Shown here: piece after piece, positions 24,912-36,431 of the stretch
Layout: every line of letters begins with the position of its first letter
Numbering within the stretch: position 1 is the stretch's first letter
Assembly: GCA_037447605.1 (NCBI GenBank)
Contig: CM074816.1
Location: 573,873 to 637,872, forward strand
Length of the DNA stretch: 64,000 bases
Direction: 5' to 3'
DNA from: Zygnema circumcarinatum SAG 698-1b
Lineage: Eukaryota; Plantae; Zygnematophyceae
The notes under the pieces: generated by a model
Databases searched by the model: none
What the model was told of the DNA's origin: nothing
The model's input: the letters and a program-made list of their open reading frames with translations, nothing else
Made by a program: the position numbers and the translations under genes

Positions 24912-26826
24912 GGGTTCGGCAGTAATACCTCACGCTTTATTTGGAGGCACGTCTCTCCTCTTTTTCGAGCTCATCATCTAAGCTCTAGAATGCACTACTG
25001 ACATGTAGGAATTGTACCCATAAATAACCATGAACTTATTGAGGTGGCTAGAGTTACGTGTCCTAGAGTTGAGTCTCTTTGAACTATCCAGGAAGGAGTT
25101 TGGGGGGGTTGGTGTATTAGTTGCTTGAAGGCCTCAGAGTGTTCTCACGGCTGTAGTCACACATGGAGGCGTTCTCCCCCTCTCTCTCTCTTTCTCCCCC
25201 CCCCACTCCCCCTCTCCCGCTCTCCCCTTCTCTGCATATCTCCCGACCCCCTCTCTCTCTCTCCACCAGCTCAATCCAATCCGAGCTCTCTCAATCCCTT
25301 AAGCTGAAAACCGGTTTGCGAAGAAGTGGTTAGTTCTCGGTCCATTCTAATAAAGTAAATTAAGTTGCATATCAGACACCCGCCCCGTTTTTTTATTTCA
25401 TTTGTAGGCTGTCGGTCTTTATTTCTTGTATATGGTTTTGGCGCCGAGGTCCTAGTTGACCTTGTTGCCCTTAGCAGACAGAAGCAGTATAAGGGTACCT
25501 TTGGGCCCCTCGAAGTCCGTTGCAGTAGTGGGGCCTGAATTAGCAATATTTACAGAAACGAACCTCCGGAAAGTTCTTATGTTAACCGGCATCTCCTGCA
25601 ACTTTTGAGCCAATGGAAGGTCCCCTGCATAAGGACTCTCTGCAGGAGTATATGGTCCGCGCAATCCTCGTGTTCAAATTCCTGAGGTGGTGGTGCCCTT
25701 TTAATGTTCGAAATATGTACGTCCGTGGTTCGATGTAGATTTTGTTTTTAAGGCGTGCACTGATATTCCAAAAGTGTGAATCTTTTCCGAAATCTGAAAC
25801 CCCCAACCTGTTATCATTCAAATTCGTGTGTGTAGACGATGTGTACTCTACTTGATGGCATACTGTAGATGTGGTGGGGGGGCATTCTTACATGAGATAC
25901 TGGATTTTGGTCCTCATTGATTGTGCTTTGTTAAGCAGAAGGCAATCACGGCTTGCCATGTTTTCATATAAACTGAGGGCACCCAGTGATTGGTACAATC
26001 TAGTCATAATAAACTAAACGGAGTCTACTGCGCAGGCATTTCAATCCCTTAGATGACTTTGGACTAACACAAAATGCGAATTGCTTTTTAGATTTTCTTC
26101 CTTCGCAATTATCAGGACAATGTTGTCTGTTGTCTGCTTCTGACCACAGAAAGTAGAATTTTAAGAAACCGTAAAGCCCCGAGGCACGGTTCTTCATTCT
26201 CCCTGCTCTTATTTGAAACAGTCAGAATTAGAAATTTTGAAGAATTAGAAATTTGGATTCGACAATATCTCCTTTATACATGGATTCAGATGGGTTTGAG
26301 TTTTTTGACATTGGGTTGTAGTAAGTTGCAATGTTCTGTGAGTGAAGCAGGAATCTTGTCAGACTTTTGCAAGAGGGCAAACCTAAGGTCAGGAGAAAAA
26401 TGTCTATGGAATGTCAGATTTTGATAATTAGAATTTATAAGTATTGTACGCAGCAATAAGAAAAATCGCATATCTGGTCACCCAAAAACCTTCAATGGAG
26501 CTCCTGCCTAAAAGTTCATTCTCCAGGTGCAAGACTCCACGCTCTTGAGAAACAGTCAGAAATACTGGCACCACACTCTGTTGCTTACAGAAGGACACTG
26601 GGAAGTTTATAGCCCATGACGCTCTGCAACCCTGACTTCACTTCCGCAGGATGCTGACTCCTGCACATCTAAGACAGGTCTACCTTATCGAGCTTGACCT
26701 CCATTGAAGCGGAGCATGTTCAAACAATCAAGGCCATCAGAAGCAGATGGCTACCAATTTGACCTAATGAGTCAAATCAAGTGAAAGGAAATAGGCCACA
26801 TCTGCACGAGGTCGCAAGCAGCGGTC

Positions 26827-26936
26827 GGATGTGGACTGGCGGACAACAATGCCAGTCACAAAACTCGCACTTCACACAACGTGGATGTGGACTGGCGGAC
26901 AACAATCCCAATACAAAACTCGCACTTCACACAACG
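26827..26936 (+). repeat. Tandem duplication of a 54-55-bp unit
   Basis: ggatgtggactggcggacaacaat(g/c)cca(gtc/at)acaaaactcgcacttcacacaacg occurs at 26827-26881 and 26883-26936. Confidence 0.9.
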
Positions 26937-27269
26937 ATACTGCACCAGGTTTAGGGATAGGGAGGCACTGCATTTTCGGATTGTATTTACAAATCTCACA
27001 ATGATAGGAATATTCCATGACCAATTTGTAAAACCTGATTCAACGAACGCCTTCACAAATCTGCCCTGCAGTCAAAGCCTGCTTACTCGCAGACACCCCT
27101 CGTCCTCATTTTCGCTAGACATCCCAATTTCCCAACCCTTCAACATTTACAACATCCACTAACCAAGGCCATGCCTTTCCAGCAGAATAAAACTACAACT
27201 TAAATTGCATATCCTTATCCATATGCATAACTATATTCTTTAGCCAGACGGAGTAAGTAAGAGGCTTCT

Positions 27270-27881
27270 TCATCCTCGGCTCTTCAACTCCGCCAGGCGC
27301 CGCGTCAGGTCGTCTTCTGCACTCGCCTCGACCTCCTTCGCAGGGAGCGCCTGGTTGGCTGCTGCAGGCAATCCAATGGAGACTTCCAAGCCATGCTCGT
27401 CTGCCACTTGCTGCATGAGAGAGTTGACATCGTCTTCAGGAGTAGAGAGAGCAGTGCTGCCCTGCATGGCATTCTCAACAAACTCCGACTGCACCTCCAT
27501 GTTAACAAACTGCTTCTCAAAGGTGTCCATGGTCTCTGAAATTTTCTGCAGGTTGTTGGACGCGAGTGCCGTATCCAGGGCCTTCACTATGCTCGCCATT
27601 GACTTGTTGATAATATTCATCTTTGCCTGTGTGTCAAGACGAGAAACGACTGCGTCCAGCCGAGAAGAAAGTCGCAAATAATTCAACTGCTCAGTCCTCT
27701 TTCTAATGGCATTTTGAGCATAGATTCGCGCTCCGTCCATGTTTCCCTTCTCGATCGCCTTCTTCACCTTCAGCTTCTCCTCCTTCTCCTCTTTCTCGCA
27801 TTTCTTCGATTGTCGCACCAGCGTCTTTGAAGTGAACTTCAGCTGAAAAATTTGGTCCAGGAGCTTCTCCTGGTTCCCCAT
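27270..27881 (-). CDS. CHMP1: ESCRT-III accessory protein CHMP1/VPS46/DID2 (Snf7 family), 203 aa, intronless CDS
   Basis: [19 protein letters not shown]...[21 protein letters not shown]...MDTFEKQF...[11 protein letters not shown] with the C-terminal MIM motif, in one uninterrupted ORF. Confidence 0.97.
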   Translation of the reverse strand: MGNQEKLLDQIFQLKFTSKTLVRQSKKCEKEEKEEKLKVKKAIEKGNMDGARIYAQNAIRKRTEQLNYLRLSSRLDAVVSRLDTQAKMNIINKSMASIVKALDTALASNNLQKISETMDTFEKQFVNMEVQSEFVENAMQGSTALSTPEDDVNSLMQQVADEHGLEVSIGLPAAANQALPAKEVEASAEDDLTRRLAELKSRG

Positions 27882-28370
27882 CCCTGAATATCCCACCCCC
27901 GTCTTGGCAACCTTCAAAAAAACTTCCAAACCGTTCCAAGCCGCCGCCTCTCCTGAACCCGCGGAACAGTAAAACACTTCTCTCTTCTCTCCCTTTTTCT
28001 ACTGCTCTCTCCCTCTCCCTCTCTTTCTTCCTCTCGCCTGCAAATAAGAAATTGATTGTTGACCTTCGCTCGATACTAGGGCAGACCCTGCCTCTCTCAG
28101 ACCGCGTCGCCTTTAGGTCTCGGCCAACGTAAATTTTGGAACCTGCCCAAACAAGACATTGACGAATCGGACTGAATATAGCCACGTGCAAAACATTTTT
28201 TCACCGCCAAAGGATGCCCGCACGACCTCAGCAACGCGGTTTCGGACCTTCAGTGCCCGATTTCATCCCGGAAACAGTAAATTGCTGCGGCTTCTTCCCT
28301 CCGTAAATCCAAGTAAAATGTACTAATTATGACAAGCTTGTTAACGCTTGCGTCAAGAACACTTTTCGCC

Positions 28371-28505
28371 ATGGATGACCCATGCATGGATGGACCCTAT
28401 GCATGGATGGACCCATGAATGGATGGATTCATGAATGGATGGATTCATGAATGGATGGACCCATGAATGGATGGGGGTACATGGATGGACCCATGCATGG
28501 ATGCG
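28371..28505 (+). repeat. Approximately 16-bp minisatellite (CATGMATGGATGGAYY)n, about 8 units
   Basis: catgcatggatggacc ctatgcatggatggacc catgaatggatggatt catgaatggatggatt catgaatggatggacc ... Confidence 0.9.
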
Positions 28506-29567
28506 TAAAGGATGTGGCATTGATCTCACGATGGCGGGCGATGCCATCAAATGTCCATGGACAAAATCAGCATGGGGAACCACGAGGAACTGGTCGCAAA
28601 GGACCTAAGGACAAAAGAAAAGAGGTAAGGGCGGAATTTTGTAATTCACGAATCCAATCACAGCACTGAACGTCGGGCAGCCTGCAGACGAGGGAGACCC
28701 TCACTAGTTGATGCCATCAATGAGGTGCCCTCAATGGTAACCCACACTTGTGGCGCTGGGATCAGAGCTCCTTCACGGTTTCTAGGATTTTCAGGAAATG
28801 AATACCTTTAACCTATGCCTAAAAACCTGAAACTTAGTTTTTTTCATTTTATTGAGTGAAAAATTTCAAGCAATTGTCCAGGAATAGCACACTGTTAGTC
28901 CACGTTGTCACTTCTTTCCCAGAAAGTGGCCGGCTCTGCTTAACAGCAACCTCGCAAACCACAAAGCAGCACCACACCTTACAAAGGAGCACGAAAGCGT
29001 TTGAAACATGAATTCGTTACGAGCTAGAGAATGCGCCTTTAGGGAAGGTAAGGAGCTGCTCTCAAGTTCTTTCAAGGGATGCTTTGTTGAACCGCGTGCT
29101 TGAAACGTGAAATAATCGAGAGCATGTTTCGCTTTTGCATGAAAACATCACGCAATGAAGAAATATTTCATTAGTTTGTTATTCTGACTGAAAACTCATT
29201 TTTTCCTGCAGTGGGCCACAGGTGTAAATATTCTCCACAGGATCACAGAGCCCCTGAAAGCTCCCATGACGGCTTTAGCATCGACCGCTCTAGCGGGTGC
29301 ATCCCATGCTTACGACACGAAAACAAGGTGACACATAATGAACGGGACAGGCACTATAGCCTTTGTTGATTTACCGCGGGACATGGGCCCTGTTCAATAC
29401 GAATGCCAACCTAACCCTACATTGCTTGTCGTAATGAATTTCTCGTCCCTTTGAGACATCCTTAAGTCCTACCTGCTTACTTCTATTCAATCATCTCCCA
29501 TACCCTTACCCCACGAACTGCTTCCCTTAAAGCCTCTACAGCAAGGGGCCTCATAATGGCAGCCACA

Positions 29568-32500
29568 TCACCTGCCTTCATCGCTTTCTTGCAACGACCC
29601 CCCGGCCGACCTTGGACTGAGCATGGTCCCATCCCCCTCTCCCGCGCTTTGGAGGAGCTTTGTGATCGCATCTAGAGCCCAGTCTCTGAACATTGCATCG
29701 TCAAGTGAGGCCCTGCAGAACAGAAACACATCCCATGCATCAGCACACATCATGATGTCAGCTCATGTCACGTCACTGGGTGATGACGACACGCCTCACG
29801 ATGTCAAGACATCTCAAGCAGTCGATGCATTTCACGATGTAAAGACATCACATGATGTCAGCACATCTCAACACACATGGACATATCCTTTGGCCAGCGT
29901 GAGTTGAAAAGTAAAAAGGGTGCGGGTGCCAATAATAAGACCAGAATTTCTTGTGAAATAAAGAGAGGAATGGTTCAACTGTCACTAAACCAAACAGAGA
30001 CGGCATGATACTTACTCCACCACATTGAAAGCCTCCTTCGCCCTTTCCATGCCGACATCAGCAATCTGCTGCAGCTGCCTCGAAGCATAGTGTCCCCTGC
30101 TAGCCACCTCCTTCAGGAAATGCATATCCAGCAGAAACTGCAAATTTCACCCGCCATCATCCCCTCAGAATGCCGCAAGCCCAAAGCATTCACTGACTCC
30201 TCCTTGCTTGAAATGACCTGAAAGCTCCCAAAACCTCGCGTTTTTCACCCCACTAAATCATAAAGAAATTGACAGAGGAAGCAACTCGCCATCGCTATCC
30301 ACTTTAAAGTGATACAGTCAACACTCCTGCTCTGACTTGCCACAAAGTGCTGCATAAGCAGACATCCAAGCACGAAGATAAAATCTTTACTCAGCTTCAT
30401 CCAATGGAATCCAACAGGAAGTTAATCACAGCTTCCAACCGTTACGTTCATAGAGCCGCTTAGCCCCATATGTCCCCCATTCAGCATGTACCGCCTGAAC
30501 CTATTTCCAAAACAAGTTGTGATTCCATCCAGGGGGAGAAAATTACCTGTTGAAGGCCAACCGGGCCAACAAAAAAGCGGCTATCTTCCCACATGTTGTC
30601 GTGACACACAAGTGTGAGAAGAGCGATGGCAAACTGGGTCAACAGCTGCAGGACCATTCTGTCGCGGCCGGCCAACACTTCGAATCCGACTCTTGAAATG
30701 ATTTGTGCTGTCCAGAAGAAATGCTGCAAAAAAAATAAAGGGAAATCGAGACTTCGACCATAAATTCCCTAGGCAATTTTTCAAATAGTAGAATTGGAAT
30801 TCCTCCAACTGGAGATTATAATGGTCATATCCACTTACTTGCATCGGCTGTGAAGGCATAGGATGCTGTCTCCATGCATTGGGGTCGCTCTCTACTTGGT
30901 CCATATTGAAATACAACGATGGTAGCACAGGCTCGTGACCTTCTTCATCAGGGTATAGCAGATCTGTGGCTTTCTGTGTGCAGAATTGCAACCGTAGACC
31001 CTCGGCTTTCTTTTGCAGTGACTTTTTCCATGATTGAAGCTGAGTCCTGCATAAGACGCAACAATGTTGCTTTCAGCCGGTCTGGAAGAAGAACATGAGG
31101 TCAATTTCCCCATGTACGAGCACTACATGAACTTGAACCTCAAGTGCTGAACCTATCATGGATACTGTATTGTATTGTATTGACATTGTCAGTTTTAACG
31201 ATGCTTGAGAGTTGCTGCACCGAGGCAAGTTGGCGGTAAGAGAAGGGCTTTCTAGGTATTGCACTATTTCGCCCCCTATCTAACAACAGAAATGCAATCC
31301 TATGCCCCAATGTCATGTGAAAGAAGTTTTCTAATGAAAACAGGATCGTGAAGTCGCAAGATGCGTACCTGCTTGACAAAATAGCAAGAGAACACACGTG
31401 AGCAAATGAAGTTGGCCAGTTACCCGTTTCAACGGCTTACCTTAAAGCAGCTTCTGCCCCAGATGGAACTGCAGATGCTGCTCTTCTAGAGTCATATTGA
31501 CGACCCGACCGCAATGCTTCGATTCTAGAAGGGGGTGCAGCAGGCCTCTCCGAACCTGAGGTCAAGCGAACGGCTAATCTTGGCAGTTCCTCCGCAAGAA
31601 AGACAGCATTACAAATTAATGCCAGCTGCTGCTTCTCGTCCACAGCTGTTTGTATATTGTATGCCACTTCAGTGGTGTCCCATAATGTATCTTCTTGATT
31701 GAGTGCCTTAAGGAGAATTGCCATATACTGATAAAATAGATCCAATAGGCCTTCCAGAGTCGCATCGCCGAGGTTCATCGTTACAATGGGCCCCACATCC
31801 TCCAAAAATTCCTGGATAACCGTAGCATCCATCCAACATACTTCAGTTCAGCCCATCCTGCTTGCGAGATATGCAAAAGATACAAGAGCACTTAACTGAA
31901 ACAGTTTTTTGACTCGACATTGCAGGGCACTACTGACAATTCCTACACATGAATGTCTTTAATAGCGAGATGATCTCCTCAAAATGTCGTCAGTCCAATC
32001 TGGAAGACTCAGGAACTACAATAACTATATAGGTGTTCCATGATACGTAACATCACTTCCAAAACTGACAATTTATCCAAAATTGGGCCAAGTATAGACA
32101 GTGCAAAAGTCAAACGACTTCACATCTTCAGTTGTAATGCGACATGAAAAAGAAGCAAAGAAACAAGCACGGTTTTAAGAAATACACCCATGGTGTTGTG
32201 TATAAAAGGAGAATCGCTCATCATCTTGTGATCAAGAGTCTTCCCTTTCGTGGGAATCTCCTTCCTTATCATTTACCACAATTGCGGCTGAGTAGCAAAT
32301 GGGGTTCTTGCCTGTTGAACACAATAATAATGAAGGACACATCTCTAACAGGATCCCCTCACGTTCATTAAGGAGGGTGGCACAGACAAGCAGTTTTAGC
32401 TCTCTAAACGACAAGGTAGGTACAAGTCACACCTGCACCATCGAATATAGTCGTTGGGCACTTGACGTCAGCCTGATATTGGAAGGTGCTCCAACCGACG

Positions 32501-34484
32501 ATCTCCCCATTCGCCCTTGCACAGCACTGACGTTCGGTTGCAAACGCCAATCATCGATGGCTGCCACAGCTCTCACGCTGTCTAATATTCTTTCGAGGTT
32601 CCCATCCAAAGCCTTTTCCACACAAGGGCGCACCAATCGAGAAAGAACGGGTGTAAGGGACAACCCCTGCTCTTCCAGCAGTTGGCAGTGCCCCATAGCA
32701 ATCTGGACACATTCTGCAGCTGAACGCAAGGCCCCAGATTCTGCTGCAAAGTTCAATACATACTTCCTCAAAAGTCCTGCACACCACTCTGCTTCACTGT
32801 GGGCCCACAATACGAGCTCAGATGAATAAGCAGCTTGATTTCCAAAAACGAGTTCAGAATCTTTTGCTGCTTGAGAAATCGCTGAAAAAACCAGTTGGCA
32901 AACAGTAGCCGTGTACGACCCACTATATGATGACCCGCTGGGCCGCATAGGACGAATCTGAATCCTCAATCGCTGTCCATGAGAATTTAGCAAAAGCGTA
33001 TGCGCACGGGCACCGTCTCCTAATCTGTTCAAAGCCGCAACCGCTGCCCTTAGTTCGGAACCACTGACTGATGGCTGAAGAGCTACGTCTGCCAGCTGTT
33101 CAGTGAGTTCTAGTCTCCGCTTTGCTAAAGCCTCTGTTAAAAATGATAGTCCTCTAGGATCTAATGTCCCACTCTTAACTAGTTCTTCCCCCTGTTGGAG
33201 CAACCGCAATGCGCTATCCACCTTCCGTTCAGCAAGCGCTACATCAAGAGCGTCAGGGAGTGTCCGCAACCGAATTTCAAATTCTTGATAATCGGCATCC
33301 TCATCTTCTGAATAGTCTGAGATATCCTGCAAAGTGGGCCTAGAGTCTAAAACAGCTGGATTTTCCACCAGACTGTGTATGAGGCTGCATTGCGAAGCCA
33401 ACAGCTTCCCCATCGAACGAAGCTCGCCTTCCAAATCAGAAATTTCACGAGCACACCTGCAGCGAATAAAGGGTTTTTGCAGCGTGCGCCAATAGAAATA
33501 AGCTTCATGGTCACGCACATTTAGCTGCTAACCAAATATTCGAGAAGGCTTCCAAGTTTTTGAAAATTAAGCAAATGCTTTAATTACTTCAAAAGTAATA
33601 GTTGTCGAACATCGAGAACAACATCGAAAATGAGTGCCAAAAGGTTTGCCTCCTTCAGCAGAGCAATAGGTAGAAACATGGAGGCGGAAAGTCACTGTTG
33701 AAGCTGTCAAACAATTCTCAAATAATATGCCTATCCTTTTACACATAAAACCACCAAGTACTCATCGAACATCGAATCCACTTAAGGAACTGTGACTTTA
33801 TTCCTTCCTCCAAAAGAAAAATAATGGATACAGCAACTGAAACACCTACCGGATAAATTCTTTGTAATTTGCGAACACACTCCTTTGCATTTCCTGAGCT
33901 GATGCTCTCTTGTGCTCGGAAAGTTCTACGCAAAGCCGCCGGATGTTCTGCAAGAGCATAAAACAACGTCAAACACCATATTTTGTTATTTGGACTCACA
34001 TTTGGTTTACATTTTCGAACCGTCCCGTCTTACGCCAGCTCGCGCAGACGCAGCCAAGTGCGCTTTTCCAGCTGTTCACGAGCCGTTATCCCTTGTAAAG
34101 TCAGCGCAAAAAATGGTCCTATTTCGCGTCCTAGCACACAAGGTCTGGCAACATAATCTGCAGTCGTAAAAAAGGGCTAATTTTCCAACCTTTTACGCTT
34201 CTTGTAAAATGCGACATGGTTAAGGTAAACGGAAACAAAACAAAACAATTTAAAAAGGACGGCGATACTTAGAGCTTATAGAGAAGTGAATGTTGTCGCA
34301 CCTTCTCGCTCATTGATTGGCATTTGGACTGAACAAAAGCCTCCGGACTGAAGGAGTCGGATTCAAACAACTGGATCTCTTCCCCGAGCAGCGTGTCGCT
34401 GCCAGCTGTTCGATGCCCACTGCTGTAGCCATCGGCTGGGGGACCTCGCCGAGTCGGCTTCAGAGAGCGACTGGAAGACATCAT
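29568..34484 (-). CDS. EXO84: Exocyst complex component EXO84 (EXO84B-like)
   Basis: Exons give FESDSFSPEAFVQSKCQSMSEK, NIRRLCVELSEHKRASAQEMQRSVFANYKEFIR, LDVALAERKVDSAL, ALQPSVSGSELRAAVAALNRLGDGARAHTLLL, LRSAAECVQIAMGHCQLLEEQGLSL, GPVGLQQFLLDMHF, DDAMFRDWALDAITKL. The junction into the last exon is less certain. Confidence 0.92.
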
Positions 34485-35178
34485 TGCCACCGCCTCTCTT
34501 CTCCAAAACTCTAAATTTAGGACCAAAACTATACACTATGCAGGGTTGCTTCCTGCACACCAATAGACTGCCTATCTTTACCACCCGTTCCCCAACAACC
34601 CTAACGAAATTAATAGCACAATACAAACCCTTAATCTTATGAAATCCCCCGCTATATTCAAGAAGCTTGAAGCTCACTGAGCTCTGCCAGTGAGAGCCAG
34701 CCCCTCTGTCAGGAAAAAAGTGCCTCAGCAGAGCAGGAATAAGGCGCTCCATACATTTAATGGAACCCTAAAACGGTGAGACAAATCCATGTGACAATTC
34801 CGTAACGGTAGAAAATGGAAAATGGAAAATAATGAAAAATTGACGGTTGGATTAATATCCACGTGGACCCGTGTGAACGATGGACCGTTCGATAGGCGAG
34901 TGCGAGGCTTTGGGACAATGGCCGTTGGATGTACTACGTGGATAGAGGTAAGATTCAGACCGTTTGATAGTCACTTGCGAAATTTCGGGCTTTTTCTTTT
35001 TGTCGTTGGGGTGTTTCTGCGATGCACATTTTTGGTTTTTGGTTTATTGGTTTGTTGGTTTTTGATTTACGGTTGATGGTTTGCTGGTTTCTGGTTTCTG
35101 GTTTTTTGCGGAGGGCTCTCCCGGCGTTTTATATGGATATCATAACGTAGTGTCGTGTATTAAAATTCAGAATCTGTA

Positions 35179-35291
35179 ATTTACACACCTTTTTCGGATA
35201 GATACACACCTTTTCGGTTTAAAAAGGCCTAAAAACCCCGAAAACTGACCGGCGGAAAAAGGTGTGTATCTATCCAAAAAGGTGTGTAAAT
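35179..35291. repeat. Near-perfect inverted repeat / hairpin (37-38-bp arms), possible miniature non-autonomous element
   Basis: The left arm atttacacacctttttcggatagatacacaccttttc (from 35179) is the reverse complement of gaaaaaggtgtgtatctatccaaaaaggtgtgtaaat (35255-35291) apart from single-base indels. Confidence 0.85.
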
Positions 35292-36431
35292 AGCTTCCTA
35301 TTAGAATTGCATTCAAAAATTCTAAAAGTCAGGCCGTTTCCCTTTTCGAAGGGGTGGGCTTTCCGAAACGGATTTCCAAATTTCAGAGGCGCCTCCCTGC
35401 CTCCCTCCTGCACGCAGGAGGGGGGAGGGGGCGTGCAGCGGCTGTGGGGGAGATGACGCGTGTCCTGGCGGTGGGCAGGAGGCTGGGGGCGCTCCACGTG
35501 GCGGGCGGGCACTGGCGCGCGAGGCGCCTTGCAGGGCTTGCGGGCGGCAGGGCGGGTCAGCCTCTCCGCGGCCTCTCTGGGGAGGGAGGGAGGGAGGGAG
35601 GGAGGGAGAGGAGGGGGAGGGGGCTCGGCTGGGGAGTGAGGGGTCCGGCACAAGCTTGTGCATGGCAAGCTGTTTTTTAGGGTTCTTTGGGGAGGTGGCT
35701 GCTAGGGTGTAGGGCTGAGAATGAAGTAAGAGTTTTTGGGGCTATTCTTAGGAGTGCGTGTACAAATATGCAACAAACACCAATTTGACCAATTTTATTT
35801 ATTTTTCGACTTGAATCTGTTATCGTTTCTCCACATTTGTATGGACTAGTGAAAAGTGTGCTAAGCATCTGGAAATTCCCAAAAAACTGAATTGTGCATT
35901 TTTTCAATTAGGACCATCTATGGTGCCAGCTGTCAAAGCAGGGCCCATATCATTGGTGAAACAAGAAAACAAAGACATCGTTGTAGGTCCAAACATTGAC
36001 GTCCATTCGCCCAAATTGCACGTTAAATGGGCAGCATGGTATCACTTTGTTGGATGGCTTTGGCTTTTAAACTCCTATGCTCATGTAAAAGGAGACGATT
36101 GCACTGGGAAAAACTGTGATTTCTGTCGAACGGTTACAATTTAAGGAAAAGGAAACGAGGAGAACGGCACACTTATTTTGCATTTGCACTGTAGGTAATA
36201 ATGAGTAATGCTGAAGGTTCTTTTAGGTTGCATCCTCATTCCTATCGACTAGCGCAGAAGGAAAAAGAAGTTTATTCTTTGATTTGTTTGTTGATAGACC
36301 CTCATATGGCGTCCCTCCAGCAAGTAGCAAACAGCAACGTCTAGTTGCTTGCTCTAACCTTCACCATTTCAACCCCTTTTTTTTTGTTGATTTTTGCTTT
36401 TCTAAAAAGATTTTTTTTCTGACTGTGTCAG

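Noticed and set aside
28371-28505. CRISPR-like regular repeat
   Set aside because: Units are contiguous without unique spacers, the context is eukaryotic, and there are no cas genes.
29205-29330. AG...GT-bounded exon-like segment between CHMP1 and EXO84
   Set aside because: Open in two frames but with no recognisable product or partner exons; I cannot support a gene.
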